A DNA stretch of 62,243 nt, counting the filler. It is 8 parts of 8 records of this genome, joined end to end, with 100 filler letters (N's around TTAATTAATTAA, not from the genome) between each part and the next. Parts side by side here need not be neighbours in the genome. Positions count along the whole stretch, not along the records: positions 1 to 11,113 come from SRR31147125_30429; 7 more parts are not named here. One strand, written 5' to 3'. Within the stretch, counting starts at the first letter, position 1. The number at the start of each line of letters is the position of its first letter. Shown one piece after another: positions 1-10,669 of the stretch. Made by a program: the position numbers and the translations under genes. The notes beneath the pieces are model-generated. The model was not told the origin of the DNA. It saw nothing but the letters and a program-made list of their open reading frames with translations, and did no database searches.

Positions 1-52
1 AAAAAAGTCGGGAACTATTAACAAAGTTCTAAGTTAATAATTGGAGGTATAA

Positions 53-322
53 ATGCCTGTCACACAAGAACGTAAGTCTGAAATAGTTGAAAAGTTTGGC
101 AAAGATGTTAAAAACACGGGAAGCACAGAAGCTCAAATCGCTCTTCTTACCGAACGTATAAACGAGCTTACTGGCCATTTTAAAACCCATCCAAAGGATT
201 TCCATTCTCGTCGGGGACTGTTAAAATTAGTTGGTCAACGACGACGATTATTGGATTATTTCAAGTCTCGTGACATAAATGGTTATCGTTCCTTAATCAA
301 AGAATTAGGAATCAGAAGATAA
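53..322 (+). CDS. rpsO: 30S ribosomal protein S15
   Basis: 89 aa with [15 protein letters not shown] and [22 protein letters not shown] motifs; GGAGGT RBS upstream. Confidence 0.98.
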   Translation: MPVTQERKSEIVEKFGKDVKNTGSTEAQIALLTERINELTGHFKTHPKDFHSRRGLLKLVGQRRRLLDYFKSRDINGYRSLIKELGIRR

Positions 323-408
323 CGGCCCAAATCTGTATTTATGTTTCGAGGATGAGTACACTCGGTCAAAAAATGTTTTAACGTGTAACAAGAAAGGAGA
401 TATTGACA

Positions 409-1359
409 ATGATCGATGTGCAACAGGTATCGCGATTTTTTGGTCGTATTATTGCAGTTGACGGAGTCTCTTTTCAGGTTGAAAAAGGAGAGATATTAGG
501 TTTCCTCGGACCTAATGCTGCCGGTAAAACAACAACAATGAGAATTCTGACAACTTTTTTACCTGCGACCAAAGGGACCGCTACAGTTGCTGGATTTGAC
601 GTTCACGAAGAATCTATGCAAGTTCGTAAACGTATTGGCTATTTACCAGAAAATCCGCCTCTTTATACAGAGATGCGAGTTAAGGATTATCTGGAATTTG
701 TCGCCAAAATCAAAGGTGTCGATCCGGTGGATCGTAAAAAGGCTGTTTATGAGTCTATCGATAAAACAGCCCTTGACAATGTACAAAACCGGGTTATTAA
801 AACATTATCCAAAGGTTATAAACAACGTGTCGGACTTGCTCAGGCACTTGTGCATAATCCGGAGGTTCTGATATTAGATGAGCCCACAAGTGGGCTCGAT
901 CCAAAACAAATTATTGAAGTACGTGATCTTATCAAGGGGTTAGCTGGAAACCACACAATTATACTTAGCACACATATTCTTCCTGAAGTAAGCATGACTT
1001 GTGAAAGAGTGGTTATTATCAATAAGGGTAAAGTTATCGCTGAGGATACTCCTGAAAACCTTACAAGAAAACTTTCCGGTTCTCAACGAATGATCTTAAC
1101 TGTGAGCGGACCTATTCCACAGGTGACTGATACTTTGAAAGGTATCAACGGTGTTCTTAAAGTTCAACTGGACAACACCAGACCCAATGGCGATATTACC
1201 AACCTCGTCATTGAGAGTAAACCTGATGATGAAGTTCGCCCGGCCCTGGCAAAAGCAGTTATCGAAAACGGATGGGAGTTATATGAAATGAAACCGGACG
1301 GTATGAGTCTCGAAGATGTATTCTTGCAATTAATTACAAAGGAGGGCGCAACGCAATGA
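409..1359 (+). CDS. ABC transporter ATP-binding protein (GldA-like, ABC-2 type)
   Basis: Walker A GPNAAGKTT, signature LSKGYKQR, Walker B LILDEP, C-terminal SLEDVFL; ATG at 409 follows AGGAG. Confidence 0.92.
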   Translation: MIDVQQVSRFFGRIIAVDGVSFQVEKGEILGFLGPNAAGKTTTMRILTTFLPATKGTATVAGFDVHEESMQVRKRIGYLPENPPLYTEMRVKDYLEFVAKIKGVDPVDRKKAVYESIDKTALDNVQNRVIKTLSKGYKQRVGLAQALVHNPEVLILDEPTSGLDPKQIIEVRDLIKGLAGNHTIILSTHILPEVSMTCERVVIINKGKVIAEDTPENLTRKLSGSQRMILTVSGPIPQVTDTLKGINGVLKVQLDNTRPNGDITNLVIESKPDDEVRPALAKAVIENGWELYEMKPDGMSLEDVFLQLITKEGATQ

Positions 1360-2140
1360 GGAATTTTCTTGCCATATTTGATAGGGAAGTCAAGTCATAT
1401 TTCTCATCACCAATAGCCTATGTTGTCATTGGTTTATTTCTATTGGTATCCGGACTATTTTATTATTTGATCGTCTCAAATTTTGTTCAAGTGGGGTATA
1501 TGGTTGATCAACAAGCTCAATCTTATCAAATGGCTCCCCCAAAACTGAATGTAAATATGATGGCGATTCGCCATATTTTACATAATATGAGTTTATTTGC
1601 TCTTTTTTTCTACCGCTCGTCACTATGAGATTATATTCTGACGAAAAAAAGAGTGGTACCATTGAATTATTGCTTACGTCACCTGTAACAAATTTACAAT
1701 CCATTTTAGGGAAATTTTCGGCAGGTGGTGTATTATATCTGGTCATGTTAGGTTGCACATCCATCTATATGATTTTATTGTTTATTTTCGGTCAACCTGA
1801 ATTAGGACCCATTTTAACTGGTTATCTGGGATTGTTTTTGCTTGGACTGTGTTACATTTCTTTTGGCGTGTTTTTTTCAACACTGACTGATAATCAGATT
1901 GTCGCAGCCGTTAGCACCGTGGCATTTATACTCTTTTTCTGGGCTATTGGCTGGGTTTCCGGTTTTGTCAGTCCGGAAATGGGTAAATTATTATCCAATT
2001 TTTCTTTAATCCAACATTTTGAGGATTTCGCTAAAGGAGTGCTTGATACGAAACACATTGTCTATTATGTTAGTTTTATTTTTATGGGCATTTTCCTTTC
2101 ATTTGTATCTATCGAGTCAGCTAAATGGAGGGGTAGATGA
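1356..2140 (+). CDS. ABC-2 permease (GldF-like), split by a 1-nt frameshift
   Basis: ORFs 1356-1628 and 1625-2140 join as ..FFLPLVTMRLYSDEKKSGTIELLLTSP if one T is added to the T7 run at 1603-1609. Confidence 0.88.
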
Positions 2141-3690
2141 TGAAAAAATTCGCGAATTATATTGGCCTAGCAGGCCTGGTTTTGTTATTAATTGGACTGA
2201 TAAATTATTCGATTAACTCCATCTTGACAACAGTCTCCACTGTTTTTATCGTTGTTGGCCTGGTGGCTTTAATCGCTTTTTGTATTTTACAATTTAAGGA
2301 AATAAAAGAAAATCTCACAAGCCGTTCCGCAAAATTTGGTAGTAATGCGGCACTTGTGATTGTTTTTGTTTTTGGCATTCTTATTGTCATTAATATTATT
2401 TTTAGCCGTTTTACCTATCGTGCTGATTTGACGGCTGCAAAACAATTTAGCCTGGCTGAACAGACTCGAAAAGTGCTTAAAAATCTCGATCAGGATATCA
2501 AGATTATTGGATTTTTCAAGTCTGGTGATGAGGCTGCCGCTAAGGAATTACTGACAGAATATGCCCATTACTCCCCACGATTTAAGTATGAGTTTACTGA
2601 TCCGGATAAAAAACCTGGAATCGCTAAAAGATATGGCATTAAAACTTATAATACGATCGTTGTGGAAAGCGAGGGCAAAGAAGAAAAATTACAAGCTGCT
2701 ACTGAAGAAGCTATTACCAACGCCCTGATTAAAGTCACTCGTGAGGGTGAAAAGATTATTTATTTTTCAACCGGACATGGCGAAAAAGATTATGATGGCG
2801 CTGATAAATCAAGTTTGAGTACAGTTAAAGCAGCCATTGAAGATGAAAATTATAAAATTGATAAATTGTTGCTTGCAGAAAAGGACGAAATTCCGAACGA
2901 TTGTGCCGTTCTCGTTTTGGCCGGGCCTGTGAGTGATTTGTTTGATACAGAAAAAGACATGATTATAAAATATGTCGATGCCGGTGGTAAGGTTCTTTTT
3001 ATGCTTGATCCCCAGGCACCGGATGGTTATGTCGATTTCGTGCAAAAGTGGGGTTTCAAGCTGGGTAAGGATATCGTCGTTGATGCCTCCGGAGTGGGTC
3101 AATTGTTTGGCGCTGGCCCAACCATCCCTATTGTGTCACAATATGAAGATCATGTCTTGACAAAAGATTTTAGGGTGATGACTTTTTTCCCGGAAGCACG
3201 ATCTGTTTCAAAATCAGATGCCGTTCCCACGGGTATTACCTTTAATGAAATCGCGAAAACCAGCCCCAGAAGCTGGGGGGAAACCAGCCCGATTACTGGT
3301 GAGAGCATCGGCTATGACGATAATGACCTCCAGGGACCTGTAACGATTTTTGCCGTTGCAGAAAAAGAGGCCGGGAAGGCTGCGACAGAAAAAGAAGACA
3401 AGTACGGTCTTGGCACCGGAACTGTGAAATCAAGAATTGCTGTGTTTGGTGATTCGGATTTTGCCACAAATGGATCCGTTAATATGCAGGGGAATGCAGA
3501 TATCTTTTTGAATACCATAAGTTGGCTGGCCGAGGAAGAAGATCTTATTTCGGTTCGTCCAAAGGATCCGGAAGATCGAAGACTAACGCTGACAACAAAA
3601 CAGTCACGTGTTATTTTATATTTTGGAGTCATTTTATTACCTGTTTTAATCTTTGCAACAGGGATTGCTGTTTATAGAAAAAGAAAATGA
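2137..3690 (+). CDS. GldG-like ABC auxiliary component (GIFT/IFT52-like domain)
   Basis: N-terminal TM helices, DLTAAKQFSLA, IYFSTGHGEK, VFGDSDF, LNTISWL, C-terminal TM helix. Confidence 0.88.
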   Translation: MMKKFANYIGLAGLVLLLIGLINYSINSILTTVSTVFIVVGLVALIAFCILQFKEIKENLTSRSAKFGSNAALVIVFVFGILIVINIIFSRFTYRADLTAAKQFSLAEQTRKVLKNLDQDIKIIGFFKSGDEAAAKELLTEYAHYSPRFKYEFTDPDKKPGIAKRYGIKTYNTIVVESEGKEEKLQAATEEAITNALIKVTREGEKIIYFSTGHGEKDYDGADKSSLSTVKAAIEDENYKIDKLLLAEKDEIPNDCAVLVLAGPVSDLFDTEKDMIIKYVDAGGKVLFMLDPQAPDGYVDFVQKWGFKLGKDIVVDASGVGQLFGAGPTIPIVSQYEDHVLTKDFRVMTFFPEARSVSKSDAVPTGITFNEIAKTSPRSWGETSPITGESIGYDDNDLQGPVTIFAVAEKEAGKAATEKEDKYGLGTGTVKSRIAVFGDSDFATNGSVNMQGNADIFLNTISWLAEEEDLISVRPKDPEDRRLTLTTKQSRVILYFGVILLPVLIFATGIAVYRKRK

Positions 3691-3699
3691 GAATGGTAT

Positions 3700-3730
3700 G
3701 AACAGGGCTTCCTTTTATGAAGCCCTGTTC
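3700..3730 (+). terminator. 12-bp perfect stem-loop (terminator or mRNA-stabilising hairpin)
   Basis: GAACAGGGCTTC-cttttat-GAAGCCCTGTTC just after the gldG-like stop codon; weak U tract. Confidence 0.55.
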
Positions 3731-3804
3731 TTGCTGCCAAGTATTCTATGAAATGAGTATAATGAATTTTTAATTGTTTCTATATAAGAGGAGAGCAAAG
3801 ATCT

Positions 3805-5154
3805 ATGAATTTCAAAACAACTGTCATCCTGGCCCTGATTTTCGCGATAGGCGTTGCTGGCGTTGTTTTGCTTGATAAACAAGACGCTAAGAAAGAAGAA
3901 GAAAAAAAGTTAGAAGGTAAATTATTGAACCTTGAAAATGATCAGATCAGTGAATTGATATTAGAACCCAGTGGTATCCATGTAGTTAAAGACAGCAATG
4001 ACTGGAAAATTGTATCACCCATAAAAACGAATGCGGATAACGAACAAGTAAATCCCATAGCGAATATGTTTAACTGGGCTAAAATTGATCGGGTTGTATC
4101 CTCCGATCCTTCCGAATATACTGATTTTGGTCTAGAGCCAGCAAAAGGAAAAATGATCGTTTTGCATGAAAATGGTTCGGATACACTTTTGCTTGGCGAT
4201 GATTCACCTACAGGATCTTTTGTCTTTGCACGAAAATCAGAATCACCAGATGTGTTTCTTACAACAACAACTTTAAAGGCAAATATCACTAAAAATGTGT
4301 TCGATTTGAGAGACAAACGAATTCTTACTTTTGAGAAAAGCCAGGTGAAACACATTGTTTTAAAAAATGAGAATAATAGATTTACTATTGAAAAGGATGG
4401 GAATAACTGGACATTGGTTTCTCCCATAACGTACGAGGCTGACAATAGTAAAGTCAATCAAATGATCGATAAATTAGGAGCAGAAAAAGCTAAAAAATAT
4501 GTGAATGAGGACCCAAAGAGTCTGCGAGAGTATGGACTTTTAAAGCCCTCATATAAAATTGATCTTAGCCTGGGTAATGAAATGGCTAAGAAAATGTTAT
4601 TGATTGGTAGTCGTAATGATGACTCGTATTTTGCCAGGGATGATTCCAGAAAGCCTGTATTTCTTGTTGATTCCTCCTTTGTGCATTCTCTTCATGTCAC
4701 TTTATTTGACCTTCGAAAAAAAGAATTGGCTGATTTTTCCAGTTACGAAGTAGACAAATTTATTGTGGAGAGAACGGATTCCACAATTGTTGCGGAAAAA
4801 GACACCGCTGGTGTGTGGCAAATTACGGAACCGATAAAAGTAAAAGCAAATTCAGCAGAAATTGCTTCCATAAATTCTACTGTGAGTAGTTTAAAGGTTG
4901 AAAAATTTGTGAGTGATTCTCCCGCGTCTCTAAAAACATATAGCCTTGAGAATCCGCGTATTCGTGGTCGTTTCTACAAAGGTGAGACACTTTTGATGGA
5001 CTTGATGGTGGGTAAAAAGAACAAAAACGATCAGGTTTATGTGAAACGTGCGGATAAAAAGAATGTCTTTCTGGTGAATCAGGATATTTTTAGCAAGTTA
5101 ACATTTACTCTGAAAAAAATGTCCGATATGCCCGGTGCAGAAAATAATAACTAA
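3805..5154 (+). CDS. DUF4340-domain periplasmic protein (three repeated domains)
   Basis: N-terminal anchor; three units of W.I.sP...Ad and yGL..P; usual partner of Gld-like ABC operons. Confidence 0.8.
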   Translation: MNFKTTVILALIFAIGVAGVVLLDKQDAKKEEEKKLEGKLLNLENDQISELILEPSGIHVVKDSNDWKIVSPIKTNADNEQVNPIANMFNWAKIDRVVSSDPSEYTDFGLEPAKGKMIVLHENGSDTLLLGDDSPTGSFVFARKSESPDVFLTTTTLKANITKNVFDLRDKRILTFEKSQVKHIVLKNENNRFTIEKDGNNWTLVSPITYEADNSKVNQMIDKLGAEKAKKYVNEDPKSLREYGLLKPSYKIDLSLGNEMAKKMLLIGSRNDDSYFARDDSRKPVFLVDSSFVHSLHVTLFDLRKKELADFSSYEVDKFIVERTDSTIVAEKDTAGVWQITEPIKVKANSAEIASINSTVSSLKVEKFVSDSPASLKTYSLENPRIRGRFYKGETLLMDLMVGKKNKNDQVYVKRADKKNVFLVNQDIFSKLTFTLKKMSDMPGAENNN

Positions 5155-5325
5155 ATAATGACTTTTCTGAACCAGTTAAATTATAAAGACGATTTTGAAG
5201 ATTTCTCTTATTTTTAAACTAAAAAAACATAAATTTGATATTACTGAAAAATAACAAATAATAACCAATAAAAAGAACACCCAGGCTCATTACAGAATTA
5301 CACTAACTTCATGTTTGGAGGAATA

Positions 5326-7398
5326 ATGATAAACCGTAAAGAAACGGAATTAAGTGGGAAAAATTTTTCAATTGAAACTGGAAAGGTGGCGAAACAAGCC
5401 AACGGGTCAGCCTGGGTTCAATTTGGTGATACAGTGATTTTAGCGACAGCTGTAGCTGCGGATAAAGCATCTGAGGAAAGAGATTTTTTCCCTTTAACAG
5501 TTGAATATCGTGAAAAACAATATGCCGCCGGTAAAATTCCTGGTGGTTATTTCAAAAGAGAGGGTAGACCTGGCGAGAGCGAAATACTGAGTGCCAGACT
5601 CATCGACCGGTCCATTAGACCCTTGTTTGCAAAAAATTTTAAAAATGAAACTCAGGTTTTTGTATGGGTCTTGTCTGCTGATAAAGTGAATGATGCCGAT
5701 ATACTGGGTCTCACAGGTGCTTCCGTTGCATTATGTCTTTCGGATATACCTTTTGATACACCCATAGCCGGAGTTCGGGTTGGACGTATTAATGGCCAAT
5801 TTGTTGTCAATCCAACTTTTGAAGAACAAGCAGAAAGCGATATTGATCTGATTGTTGGTGCCTCTGAAGACTCTATTCTGATGGTCGAAGGAGAAGCACT
5901 GGAAATATCAGAAACGGAAATGATTGATGCCCTCAGTTTTGGACATGAGGAAATCAAAAAATTAATACAATTACAGAAAGAGCTGATCGAAGAGGCTGGT
6001 AAGCCAAAGATGGAACTCCCCACTCCGGAAGATCTGTCCGAATTGGAAGCCAAAGTTGTTGAATTATGTAAAGATGATTTAAATGATTTTATTCGTATTG
6101 CAGATAAAGCAAGCCGAAACAAGGCTATTTCCGAACTGGTAGAAAAGACATTGGTGGAATTGGAAGAAACTTTTCCTGAGAAAGAAAGAGCCATTAAAGA
6201 GATCTTTCATGATTTGGAAAAAACCATCATGCGCAAAATGATTCTCGAAGAAGGTAAGCGATTGGATGGAAGAGTTGCTAACGAAATTAGACCTATTTCC
6301 ATTGAAGTGGGCATTTTACCCCGGTCCCATGGATCTGCTCTTTTCACCAGAGGTCAAACTCAGGCGCTTGCCGCAACAACTTTGGGTACAAAGGTAGATG
6401 AGCAAAAAATTGAAGAATTGGAAGGTGAATTTCGCAAGAATTATATGTTGCATTATAATTTTCCTCCATTTAGTACAGGTGAAGCCAAACCTATTCGTGG
6501 CACAAGTCGCCGGGAAATTGGTCATGGAAATCTAGCCGAACGTGCGATAAAACCTGTTATTCCTATGGATGGAAAATTTCCGTATACGATTCGAATCGTC
6601 TCTGATATTCTCGAGTCAAATGGATCCTCTTCCATGGCTTCTGTTTGCGGTGGGTCACTCTCTTTAATGGATGCAGGTGTGCCTATTAAAGCTCCGGTGG
6701 CAGGTATTGCTATGGGCCTTGTTAAAGAAGATGAGAACGTCGTTGTTCTGACGGATATCCTGGGTGATGAAGATCATATGGGTGACATGGACTTTAAGAT
6801 TACAGGCACCAGGCAAGGTGTTACTGCCTTTCAAATGGATATAAAGATTAAAGGTATTTCCGGAGAAATTATGACCCAGGCGTTGGAAGATGCCAGAATA
6901 GCACGTCTGTTTCTTTTGGATAAAATGGAAGCTGCTATTGCAGAACCAAGAAGCGATTTGTCCAGATTTGCACCGCGGATTTTAACAGTCAAGATACCTT
7001 CTGACTCAATTGGTACAGTTATTGGACCCGGTGGCAAAATGATTCGGGAAATCGTTGACCGCACAGGTGCAACCATCGATATAGAGGATGATGGAACTGT
7101 TACTATTGCCTCTGTTGAACCGGAAGCGAGTGAATCTGCTGCTGATATCGTGCGTAGTTTGACAGCTGCACCCGAAATTGGCACTGTCTATACAGGTAAG
7201 GTTAAAAAAATAATGAAATTCGGTGCTTTTGTGGAAATTTTACCCGGCAGAGAAGGATTGTTGCATATCTCTGAAATTGACCATAAACGCGTCGAAAAAG
7301 TGGAAGACGTTCTCAAGGTCGGTGATGAAGTCAAGGTCAAACTGCAAAAGATTGATCAGGAAGGCCGTCTTGATTTGAGTCGCAAAGTATTACTGTAA
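5326..7398 (+). CDS. pnp: Polyribonucleotide nucleotidyltransferase (PNPase)
   Basis: FFPLTVEYREK, RREIGHGNLA, ESNGSSSMAS, DHMGDMDFK, KH and S1 domains; GGAGGA RBS supports ATG at 5326. Confidence 0.98.
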   Translation: MINRKETELSGKNFSIETGKVAKQANGSAWVQFGDTVILATAVAADKASEERDFFPLTVEYREKQYAAGKIPGGYFKREGRPGESEILSARLIDRSIRPLFAKNFKNETQVFVWVLSADKVNDADILGLTGASVALCLSDIPFDTPIAGVRVGRINGQFVVNPTFEEQAESDIDLIVGASEDSILMVEGEALEISETEMIDALSFGHEEIKKLIQLQKELIEEAGKPKMELPTPEDLSELEAKVVELCKDDLNDFIRIADKASRNKAISELVEKTLVELEETFPEKERAIKEIFHDLEKTIMRKMILEEGKRLDGRVANEIRPISIEVGILPRSHGSALFTRGQTQALAATTLGTKVDEQKIEELEGEFRKNYMLHYNFPPFSTGEAKPIRGTSRREIGHGNLAERAIKPVIPMDGKFPYTIRIVSDILESNGSSSMASVCGGSLSLMDAGVPIKAPVAGIAMGLVKEDENVVVLTDILGDEDHMGDMDFKITGTRQGVTAFQMDIKIKGISGEIMTQALEDARIARLFLLDKMEAAIAEPRSDLSRFAPRILTVKIPSDSIGTVIGPGGKMIREIVDRTGATIDIEDDGTVTIASVEPEASESAADIVRSLTAAPEIGTVYTGKVKKIMKFGAFVEILPGREGLLHISEIDHKRVEKVEDVLKVGDEVKVKLQKIDQEGRLDLSRKVLL

Positions 7399-7468
7399 AC
7401 CTGTCTGTAATTAAACTGATTTTTATGTCCAAATCATATATTTGGTAGATTTGTGCTATTGGCAAATT

Positions 7469-8737
7469 ATGTATGAACAGAATGTGAGAAAAACAGAGTT
7501 GCCAAATGGCATCCGGGTTATTACCGAAAAGATGTCCTTTGTGCGCTCTGTTGCAATTGGCGTGTGGATTCGAGTTGGATCCTGTAATGAAAATGAACAG
7601 AACAATGGTATTTCACACTTTTTAGAACATATGCTTTTCAAGGGGACTCGAAACCGAAGCGCATTTGAAATTGCTTCAAGCCTCGAATCCCTGGGAGGCA
7701 GTTTAAACGGCTCGACTGGTAAGGATAACAGTTTATATACGGCTCATGTTCTTGATGAAAACATTGAAATCGCCATCGATGTTTTATCAGACTTGCTTTT
7801 AAATCCGCTTTTTTCAAAAGAAGATATTGAGCTGGAGAAAAATGTCGTTATTTCAGAAATCAGCCATGCTGAAGAAACTCCCGAAGAGATGGTTGCGGAT
7901 TACTTTTATAGTAATCTTTTTCCCAATCATCCTTTGGGCTTTTTCATTTATGGGACACCTGAAAATGTGGCTGGTTTTGATTTTTCCTCACTATCGGATT
8001 TTTTAAACAAAGAGTACTCTTTTGATAAAATAGTTTTTGCAGCCGCGGGACATTTAGAGCACAACCATGTGGTCGAGCTGGTTGAAAAATATTTTAATAA
8101 AGAGCGAACCATAGAACCCGTATCGACTCAGCCATTAATTACGAGTCCGAAACACGGTCTGGTTTTCCACCCGGATGAATCATCTCATCTTGCGCATATT
8201 TGTATCGGATCCAGAATATTTGGTTATAATGACGAACGCAAGTTTGCCTTTATTCTCCTGGATATTCTGCTCGGTGGCGGCATGAGTTCCCGTTTGTTTC
8301 AAAATATCAGGGAAAAATATGGCTTTGCATACTCTTTGTACAGTTACACTGATTTTATGGCAGATGCCGGGGTTTTTGGCACTTATATGGCCTGTTCACC
8401 GGGGGATGTGGAACAATCTATTGACCTTATCCGCAAAGAATTCAAAAAACTCGTGAATAACTCAATCACCGCAGATGAACTGGATCTGGCGAAAGCACAG
8501 GTAAATGCGTCCCTTATCATGGGACTGGAAAGCAGTTATCGTCGCATGAAGAGAATTGGTGAAAGAGAATCTTATAATGGAAGCCATCTGACTGTTGAGC
8601 AAATCCTTAACGAAATAGAAAAAACAACTATAAATGATTTAACAGGATTGGCACGGGAATTTTTAGATGAATCAAAAATGAATATAACCCTATTAGCTCC
8701 TGACTCTGTTAATATTAAAGTGGAGGCCATGTTATGA
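7469..8737 (+). CDS. M16 family zinc peptidase
   Basis: Inverted zinc motif HFLEH, GGGMSSRLFQNIREKYG; conserved position downstream of pnp. Confidence 0.93.
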   Translation: MYEQNVRKTELPNGIRVITEKMSFVRSVAIGVWIRVGSCNENEQNNGISHFLEHMLFKGTRNRSAFEIASSLESLGGSLNGSTGKDNSLYTAHVLDENIEIAIDVLSDLLLNPLFSKEDIELEKNVVISEISHAEETPEEMVADYFYSNLFPNHPLGFFIYGTPENVAGFDFSSLSDFLNKEYSFDKIVFAAAGHLEHNHVVELVEKYFNKERTIEPVSTQPLITSPKHGLVFHPDESSHLAHICIGSRIFGYNDERKFAFILLDILLGGGMSSRLFQNIREKYGFAYSLYSYTDFMADAGVFGTYMACSPGDVEQSIDLIRKEFKKLVNNSITADELDLAKAQVNASLIMGLESSYRRMKRIGERESYNGSHLTVEQILNEIEKTTINDLTGLAREFLDESKMNITLLAPDSVNIKVEAML

Positions 8738-9867
8738 TTATTGGAGTGCCCAAGGAAGTTAAAAGCAATGAGAATCGCATCGCCCTTGTACCTGCTGGTG
8801 TTGAAATTCTTAAAAATCACGGGCATACTGTGCTCGTCCAAAAGGATGGTGGTGTTGGAAGTGGCTTTTCAGATGATGATTACAAGGCTGCAGGCGCAGA
8901 GATTCTGGCTGAACCTGCGGACATATTTAAAAAAGCCGACATGATCATGAAAGTCAAAGAACCCCTGCCGCAGGAATATGGTCTGATCCGTTCTAAACAA
9001 ATTGTTTTTACCTATTTCCATTTTGCTGCTTCCCGTGAATTAACCGAAGCTATGGTTAAGAGCGGCGCACTTTGCATTGCCTATGAAACCGTTGAAACTA
9101 GAGACCGCACCTTGCCTCTGCTTATTCCAATGAGTGAAGTCGCCGGTAGAATGGCGGTTCAACAAGGGGCAAAATATCTGGAAAAGTATTTTGGTGGCAG
9201 AGGTATTCTTTTAGGTGGAATACCTGGTGTCAAACCAGCCTCTGTTGTTGTTCTGGGTGGTGGTATCGTTGGTATGAACGCAGCCAAGATGGCAGCAGGC
9301 CTCGGAGCTCAGGTGACAATAATGGATGTCAACCTTGAACGGCTTCGATATTTGGACGATATTATGGCAAAGAATGTCATCACCGTTAAATCAGATCCTC
9401 ATTCCATTCGGGATGCTATTTCCAATGCTGATCTGGTTATTGGCGCTGTATTGCTTCATGGTGCCAAAGCACCGCATCTGATAACCCGGGATATGCTCAA
9501 AATAATGAAAACCGGTTCGGTCATTGTCGATGTCGCTGTCGATCAGGGCGGTTGTGTTGAAACCATCAAACCAACAACTCATGATAATCCGACCTATGTT
9601 ATCAATGGTGTTATCCATTATGCTGTAGCTAATATGCCAGGCGCTGTGCCAATTACCTCCACTATCGGTTTGACCAATGCGACCTTACCTTATGCTGTTG
9701 AAATTGCCAATAATGCCAGTATTTCGGACAAGGTCTATATCTCTGCTGCAAAGTTGAATGAAGAAATCGCTAAAGGTATCAATATTTTTAATGGCAAAAT
9801 CACTTATAAAGGTGTTGCGGATGCTTTTGATATGCCCTATACATCTTTAGAATCTGCAATTCAGTGA
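8734..9867 (+). CDS. ald: Alanine dehydrogenase
   Basis: IGVPKEVK, KVKEP, PMSEVAGR, GGGIVG NAD-binding loop, DVAVDQGGCVET, VANMPGAVP. Confidence 0.96.
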   Translation: MIIGVPKEVKSNENRIALVPAGVEILKNHGHTVLVQKDGGVGSGFSDDDYKAAGAEILAEPADIFKKADMIMKVKEPLPQEYGLIRSKQIVFTYFHFAASRELTEAMVKSGALCIAYETVETRDRTLPLLIPMSEVAGRMAVQQGAKYLEKYFGGRGILLGGIPGVKPASVVVLGGGIVGMNAAKMAAGLGAQVTIMDVNLERLRYLDDIMAKNVITVKSDPHSIRDAISNADLVIGAVLLHGAKAPHLITRDMLKIMKTGSVIVDVAVDQGGCVETIKPTTHDNPTYVINGVIHYAVANMPGAVPITSTIGLTNATLPYAVEIANNASISDKVYISAAKLNEEIAKGINIFNGKITYKGVADAFDMPYTSLESAIQ

Positions 9868-10625
9868 GTATATTAGCCTATCATATGGTAGATACACGCT
9901 TTGACTGGGGGGCGACGAGAGTCACCCCCAGGCAATTCGAAAAACAAATTAAATATGCTGTTGATCAGGGATTCAGATTCTTAACTTTATCCGAATACGT
10001 AAAAGAAATTCAGATAGATCCAAAACAAAAACTGCTGGCACTTACATTTGATGATGGTTATGAATCTGTTTATAACCATGCTTTTCATGTTTTGAAAAAA
10101 TTTAACCTAAAGGCAACTGTTTTTGTTTTACCTGACTTTACCGGGAAACTCAATACCTGGGATTTGAATATTGGCGGAATCAGGTTTGAACATCTAAAAT
10201 GGGATCAAATCAAAGAACTTGAACGCGCTGGCTGGGAAATCGGTTCACACAGTCTAAGCCATCTGGATTTAACCAGATTGTCAACAAAACAGTTGCAAAA
10301 AGAGGTTTTCCAGTCAAAACACATCCTGGAAAGACGCCTGGATAAAAACATTTTGTCCATTGCCTATCCATTTGGAAATGTTAACAAGAGAGTGTCTGAT
10401 GTAGTTTTGGAATCCGGATATGAGGTTGGTGTTGTCATGGGGCATTGTCCTGATAATGTTCCCGACCAGCTATGTCTGCCGCGGTTTGGTGTTTATCTGT
10501 TTGACTGTCAATATACATTTCATCAGAAACTTTATTCTTTAAATAATAAATTTTACCGGACAATGCAAAAATTATTTGACAGATGTTCGGATTGCACAGT
10601 CCTGGTAAAGCAAGGATTTTATTAA
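9864..10625 (+). CDS. Polysaccharide deacetylase (CE4/NodB domain)
   Basis: LTFDDGY, EIGSHSLSH and AYPFG motifs. Confidence 0.88.
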   Translation: MSILAYHMVDTRFDWGATRVTPRQFEKQIKYAVDQGFRFLTLSEYVKEIQIDPKQKLLALTFDDGYESVYNHAFHVLKKFNLKATVFVLPDFTGKLNTWDLNIGGIRFEHLKWDQIKELERAGWEIGSHSLSHLDLTRLSTKQLQKEVFQSKHILERRLDKNILSIAYPFGNVNKRVSDVVLESGYEVGVVMGHCPDNVPDQLCLPRFGVYLFDCQYTFHQKLYSLNNKFYRTMQKLFDRCSDCTVLVKQGFY

Positions 10626-10640
10626 TTGAAAAAATAGTAC

Positions 10641-10669
10641 TTGATTATTGCCTCAATTATCATTATTTT
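10641..10669 (+). promoter_or_regulatory. Putative sigma70 promoter for merR-tRNA
   Basis: TTGATT-N17-TATTTT in the intergenic gap. Confidence 0.4.

Noticed and set aside
409..3690. Gliding motility system linked to the T9SS CTD at 21035
   Set aside because: The two are on different contigs, no gldK/L/M/N or sprA genes are visible, and Gld-like ABC operons are common in non-gliding bacteria
5652..6194. Long antisense ORFs (also 3942-4457, 6831-7184, 54806-55282 and others)
   Set aside because: They lie opposite well-conserved genes and show no recognisable motifs; shadow ORFs
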